From positions 32,624,486 through 32,688,485 of the forward strand of contig NC_057718.1 in NCBI RefSeq assembly GCF_004010195.1: a DNA stretch of 64,000 nucleotides, given 5' to 3'. Positions within the stretch are counted from its first letter, which is position 1. Each line of letters opens with the position of its first letter. The notes under the pieces were generated by a model. The model did no database searches and was not told the DNA's origin. It was given only the letters and a program-made list of their open reading frames with translations. The position numbers and the translations under genes are program-made. Of this stretch, positions 58,330 to 64,000 are shown in pieces. This DNA is from Chiloscyllium plagiosum. Taxonomy: Eukaryota.

Positions 58330-61300
58330 TGGTTTTCTTTACTCACTCATGGGATGTGGGCATCGCTGGCTGGGCCAGCATTTATTGCACATCCCTAGTT
58401 GCCCTTGAGAAGGTGGTGGCGAGCTGCCTTTTTGACCTGCTGTAGTCCACCTTCTGTGGGTTGACCTTAGGGAAGGACTTCCAGGATTTTGACTAAGCAA
58501 TAGTGAAGAAACAGTGATACATTTCCAAGACAGGATATTGAGTGGCTTGGAGGGGAACTTGGAAGGTGGTGGTGTTCCCATATATCTGCTGCCCCTGTAG
58601 GTCTAATGTAAGGGGTCATTGGTTTGGAAGGCGCTATCTAAGGATCTTTGATAAATTTATGCAGTACACCTTGTAAATAGTACACTGCTACTGCTGAGTG
58701 TCAGTGGTGGAGGGTGTGGATACTTGTGAAAGCAGTGCCAATCAAGTGGGCTGCTTTGTCTTGAATAGTGTCAAGCTCTAAGTTAGAATTAGAATCCCTA
58801 GAGTGTGAAAACAGGCCCTTTGGCCCAACAAATCTGCACTGACCCTCAGAAGAGTAACCACCCAGACCCATTCCCCTATATTTATCCCTGACTAATGCAC
58901 CTAACCTACACATCCCTGAACACTATGGCCAACTTAGCATGACCAATTCACTTAACCTGCACATCTTTGGACTGTGGGAGGAATCCGGAGCACCCGGGGG
59001 AAACCCACGCAGACGTGGGGAGAATGTGCAAACTCCACACAGACAGACAGTAACCAGAGGCTGGAATCGAATCCGGGTCCCTGGCGCTGTGAGGCACCGT
59101 GCCATTTCTTGAATGTCGTTGGAGCTGCACCAATCTAGGCAGGTGGTGGTATTCCATCACACTCCTGACTTGTGCCTTGCAGGTGGTGGTCAGGCTTCGA
59201 ACAGCCTGGAAGTGAGTTACTTGCCGCAGTGTTCCTAGCCTCTGACCTGCTCGTATAGCCATTGTGTTTATGTAGCAAGTTCAGTTGAGTTTCGTGTCAA
59301 TGGTAACCCCCAGAATGTTGGTAATGGGGGATTCAGTGATGGTGACACCACTGAATTTTAAGGACCAGTGATTAGATTGTGTCTATTGGTGATGGCCATT
59401 GCCTGTCATTTGTGTGGCACAAATGTTACTTGTCAGCCCAAACCTGGATTTTATCCAGATCTTGCTGCATTTGAACATGGACTGCTTCATTATCTGGTGC
59501 TGAATGTTTTGCAATCATCGGGGAACATTGCCACTTCTGACATTATGATGGCAGGAAGGTCATTTATGAAGCAACTGGAGATGTTTGAGCCTAGGACACT
59601 ATCCCGAGGAACTCCTGCAGAAACATCCTGGAGCGGAGATGACTGGTATCCAACAACCACAGCCATTTTCCTATGACTCCAATCAATGCAGAATTTTACC
59701 CCGATACACATTGGTTCCAGTTTTGCTAGGGCTCCTTGTTACTACACTCTGTCAAATGCAGCTTTGATGTCAAGGACTGTCACTCTTACCTCACGAATTC
59801 AGCTCTTTCACCCATGTTTGAACCAAGGCTGTAAGAGGTCCCTGGCGGAACCCAAACTGGGTGTCACTGAGCAGGTTATTGTTGAGCAGGTTTGATAGCA
59901 CTGTTGATACACCTTCCATCACTTTACTGATAATTGAGAGTAGACTGATGGGGCAGTAATTGGCCAAGTTGGATTTGTCCTGTTTTTTTGTGTACACGAC
60001 ATACCTGCGCAATTATCTAAATTATTGGATTGATGCCAGTTTTGTAACTGTACTGGAAGAGCCTGGCTAGGGACGTGGCAAGTTCTGGAGCACAAGTCTT
60101 CAGTACTATTGCTGGAATGGTGTCAGGGGGCCACAGTCTTTGAATTATCCAGTGCCTCTAATCTTTTCTTGCTATCATGTGGAGTGAAATGAATTGGCTG
60201 AAAACTGGCATCTGTAATGCTGAGCACCATTGGAACAGCAGAGATGGATCATCCACTCCATTGCTGCGAATGCTTCAGCCTTATCTTTTGCACTGATGCA
60301 TTGGGTTCTTCCATCATCAAGGATGGGGATATTTGTGAGGCATCCTCCTCCAGCGAATTGTTTAATTGTCCACCACCATTCACGACTCGATGTGGTAGGA
60401 CAGCAGGGCGTAGATCTGATCCATTGATTGTGAAATCGCTTAGCTCTACCACTTGCTGCTTATGCTGTTTGACATGTGAACAGTCCTGTTTCGTAGCTTC
60501 ATCAGGTTGACACTTCATTTTCAGTTATGCCCTATGCTGCCCCTGGCATGCCCTCCTGCACTCTCCATTGAAGCAGGGTTGATCCCCTGGCTTGATGGTA
60601 ATGGTTGAGTGCAGGATATGCCGGGCCATGAGGTTGCAGATTGTGCGGGTACAATTCTGCTGCTGTTGATGGCCCACAGCACTTCATGGGTGCTCAGTCT
60701 TCAGCTGCTAGAGCTGTTCAAAGTCTGTCCAATTTAACAGGGTGATAGTGCCACACAACACAATGGAGGCAATGGAGGGTGTTCTCAATGAGAAGGGGTA
60801 CTTCATCTCCACAAGGACTGTATGGTGGTCACTCTTACTGATACCAATCTGCCAGCCACAGATGCAGTAAGAATGAGATCAAGTATGCTTTTCCCTCTTG
60901 TTGGATCTCCCCCCCCCCCCCCCCACCACCTGCCTCAGGCCCAGCATAAAGGATACTTGATGACCAGACAGCTTGATCAATAGTGTTGCTACTGAATTCT
61001 CCACCAGAGTACATTTTGCATCCTTGCCACCTTCAGTGATTCCTCCAAGTGTGGTTCAACATGGAGGAGTATTGATTCATCAGCCAAGGGAATATAGTAC
61101 CTAGTAATCAGGAGGTTTCCCTGCTCGTGATTAACTTGAAGCCATAAGACTTCATGGGATCCAGGGTCAATGTTGAAGACTCCCAGGGCAACTCCCTCCT
61201 GACTGTATACCACTGTGCCACCACCTCCGCTGGGTGTGTCCCACTGACGGGATATCCAGAGATGGTGGTGGTAATCTCTGGGATTTTGTCTGCGAAGTAT

Positions 61301-61350
61301 GATTCCGTAAATACGATGACGTCAGTCAGTCTGTTGCTTGACTAGTCAGT
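58330..61350 (-). mobile_element. About 3 kb degenerate CR1/L2-group LINE (endonuclease plus RT)
   Basis: LWLQVNHEQGNLL; KKQDKSNLANYCPISLLSIISKVME...QFGFRQG; SAGVPRDSVLG..FINDL..MFPDD. Confidence 0.8.
58783..59104 (-). mobile_element. HE1-type SINE nested in the LINE
   Basis: Reverse complement of the HE1 head, B-box and core, with a ttctaa tail. Confidence 0.88.
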
Positions 61351-61948
61351 GAGAGGTTTTGTGTCAGGATATTGGAAGTTTCATCAAATTCTTGAAAATT
61401 GTGTAAATCACCTCAATGCATTTATACTTTTAAGTCTGACTCTGCATGTGGCATTGAACTGACCTGTATTCACTGGACTATGATTAATCCTGTGACCTGG
61501 CTAGCTCAAGCAAGATTCTGAAAAGAAAATTACTGAAAATGTGCTGAACTTGCTGGGTGAGCTTATTTCTTTTTTCAGTTACTATTCATGTACTTCGTGT
61601 TTTGCTCCATGTAGTAACTGTAATTGCTAACAAAATGTGTCACGTTCATATTTATTTTGATTTGCTGGTACCTTCCTGCCACATTCCTAGTACCTGCTAA
61701 CACCTAAATGTCAAACTAAGTGGTCAAAAATGAGGATTTCTCTGTGGGTTCCAATAGCACATGATCCAGACAGAGAAATTATTTCAAGAGATCGCTACCA
61801 ATGTAGGAACAATGCCACCATTATGGCACACTTCTTATTACTACAATGAGACCACTTTATACACTATCCTCTAAGTAGCTTTAAATCCAAGAAAGAAGAA
61901 TATTATTGACCGCAGACAAATACTTAGCCACCATATTTTCACAAATAT

Positions 61949-62219
61949 GGGGCAGCACAGTGGCTCAGTGGTTTGTAGTGCTGCCTCACAGTGCCAGGGA
62001 ACAGAGTTCGATTCCCACCTCAGGCAACTGTCTGTGTGCAGTTTGTTTTCCTCCCACAATCCAAAGATGTGCAAGTTAGGTGAGACAGGGATGCATAGGT
62101 TAGGTGCAATAGTTAGGGGTAAAACACAGGGGAATGGGTCTGGGTGGTGTACTCTTGGGAGGGTCAGTGTGAACTTGCTGGGTGCTAAAGGGCCTATTTC
62201 CGTATTGTAGGGATTCATA
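61949..62219 (+). mobile_element. HE1-type SINE, internally deleted
   Basis: ggggcagcacagtggctcagtggtttg...gagttcgattcc... Confidence 0.8.
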
Positions 62220-64000
62220 GTCCCAAACTAAACTAGTCCCACCTGACTGTGCTTGGCCTATATACCTCCAAATATTTCTTATTCACGTACTTATACAAAC
62301 ACCTTTTAAGCATTACAACAGTACCTGCATCCATCCCTTTCTCTGGAAATTAATTCCACACACATTACTCGGTGTAAGGATGACAGTTTGCCCACCTGAA
62401 GGACATTAGTGATCCGGATGAGTTTTTCGACAATCAATTCATAATCATCATCAAATCTTTATTCCAGGTTTTTACGGAATTCAAATTCCACCATCTTTGG
62501 CATGATTCGAACCTTGGTCCCCAGAATACTATCTGGATCGTTGGATTAACAATCCAATGATAATAAGCCGTTGCCTCCCCTAATGATCTACTGTGCCCTG
62601 CAAGAATGTGTCAAACCAATGCTTCATGCCCCTCTGAGTGTGAGCTGGCATTGTCAGTTTGGCCCTGCACAGGACTGTCACACAAGATTGGATGGCAGGC
62701 ATCTCTATCGGAGCATTCATGTGTAATTGCTGACTGTTACTTCATTACAGTCACCAGTGCAAAGGAACCTCAAGTTACTGCATCTCATACACATGCCAGG
62801 GATCATACTTAAAATATCAACACTCAGCAGATCACACATCATTGGCTTATTGACCTTTCATCGCAACAAGGAGAATGTACACATTTGAGACCTTTTCACC
62901 AAAGGTTTGCATGGGACAAGCAAAATGACCAGAAAGCATGACTTCAGGATGAAAGTGTGGCAGGTATCTCCGGCACACAGATGATATAATACATTACTCT
63001 TTTTCATCAACTGTGTTTCTTTGAAAACACAGAGCCCTTCAACTCCTAAATTCCCCCTTACCACATTCTTCTTAATCGTAATGCAAACAATCCCATCTCT
63101 AGGAATGAACATCTCTATCTGTACCCATCAATGCACATGAAGTGCTCCCGTGCCCTTGTCTCTTCATGCAGGAGGAGAATGTGCACAATCAGCATGGATG
63201 GATACAGATGGCAGAGGATGCCTGACACACACTCACTTAACCAGCTGCAAACCAGGCTGACAGGAGATCAAGCAGAACATGCCTGTGCTGAACGGGAGAT
63301 TGGATATTATAGCCATGGAATGAGAAAGTCTCCAACCTGCTACTCCCAGCTCCACCCTGAAGCAGCAATGCCTTAACATGGTGTCAGCTCACGGCACAAA
63401 CAACTCTTTACGTTTTTCTCTGCAGGCCCCAAGTCCCTCTCTCAAGCCAGAATCAAAAGGTATCTCGATCCCCTCCAATCTCCATCTGCACCTCACAGCA
63501 CAGCCTGTGAACAAGGATGGCACCACAACACCCCTGAATACAGAGTTTTCAGGCAGGATAGCAAGGGTGGAGGTGTAGTAGTGATTAAAGAACTAATTAT
63601 AGCTGTGATGAGGGATAATGTACTAAATGGGGCTGACGCAGAGAATGCTGCAGAAAATCAGCAGGTCTGCAGCATCTGTGGAAGAGAAACAGAGTTAACA
63701 TGTTGAGTCTGGTGTGACTTCCTCAGAGCTTCACCTAAAGCGTTGTAACCTAAGGCTATGGACAGGGTGCTGGAAAATGGGATTAGAATGGGCAGCTAGC
63801 ACAGACATGATGGGCTGAACGTGCTCTGTGTTGTAACTTTTCTGGTCGTATGGTTTACTTTACATGCAAGTCTGAAAAAAAGTGACCTAGAACCTTAAAA
63901 GGTGGTGGTCAAACAGAATGACCCCAAAATGATTATGGCATTTGATGCGGAATTATAGTGGGAGTTTTTATGATTTTTATCACTCCCAGTTAGTTAGGGT

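Overview
Eukaryotic genomic DNA, almost certainly from a shark (elasmobranch HE1-type SINEs, CR1/HER1-type LINEs and Penelope-like elements), with four N-gaps. The only host gene seen is the 3' half of EPAS1 (HIF-2alpha) on the minus strand. Eight GT-AG coding exons lie between 30153 and 4946 and splice in frame (1568 nt; 522 codons including the stop, after a split first codon). They cover the end of PAS-B, both LxxLAP prolyl-hydroxylation motifs and the C-TAD, followed by an AT-rich 3'UTR of about 1.7 kb. The rest (30154-64000) appears to be one very long, repeat-filled intron. Main observations: (i) many minimal hammerhead-ribozyme motifs from two stem-II families sit in Penelope termini and in small TSD-flanked palindromic non-coding elements; (ii) this EPAS1 seems to lack the exon equivalent to human exon 15 and has HIF-1alpha-like residues at regulatory sites; (iii) one nested CR1 carries a perfect 107-bp inverted templated insertion and a 25-bp micro-inversion; (iv) there is a candidate intronic ETS/FOX/SOX/RBPJ enhancer and a CTCF site. 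Comparisons with human proteins are from memory and were not computed.
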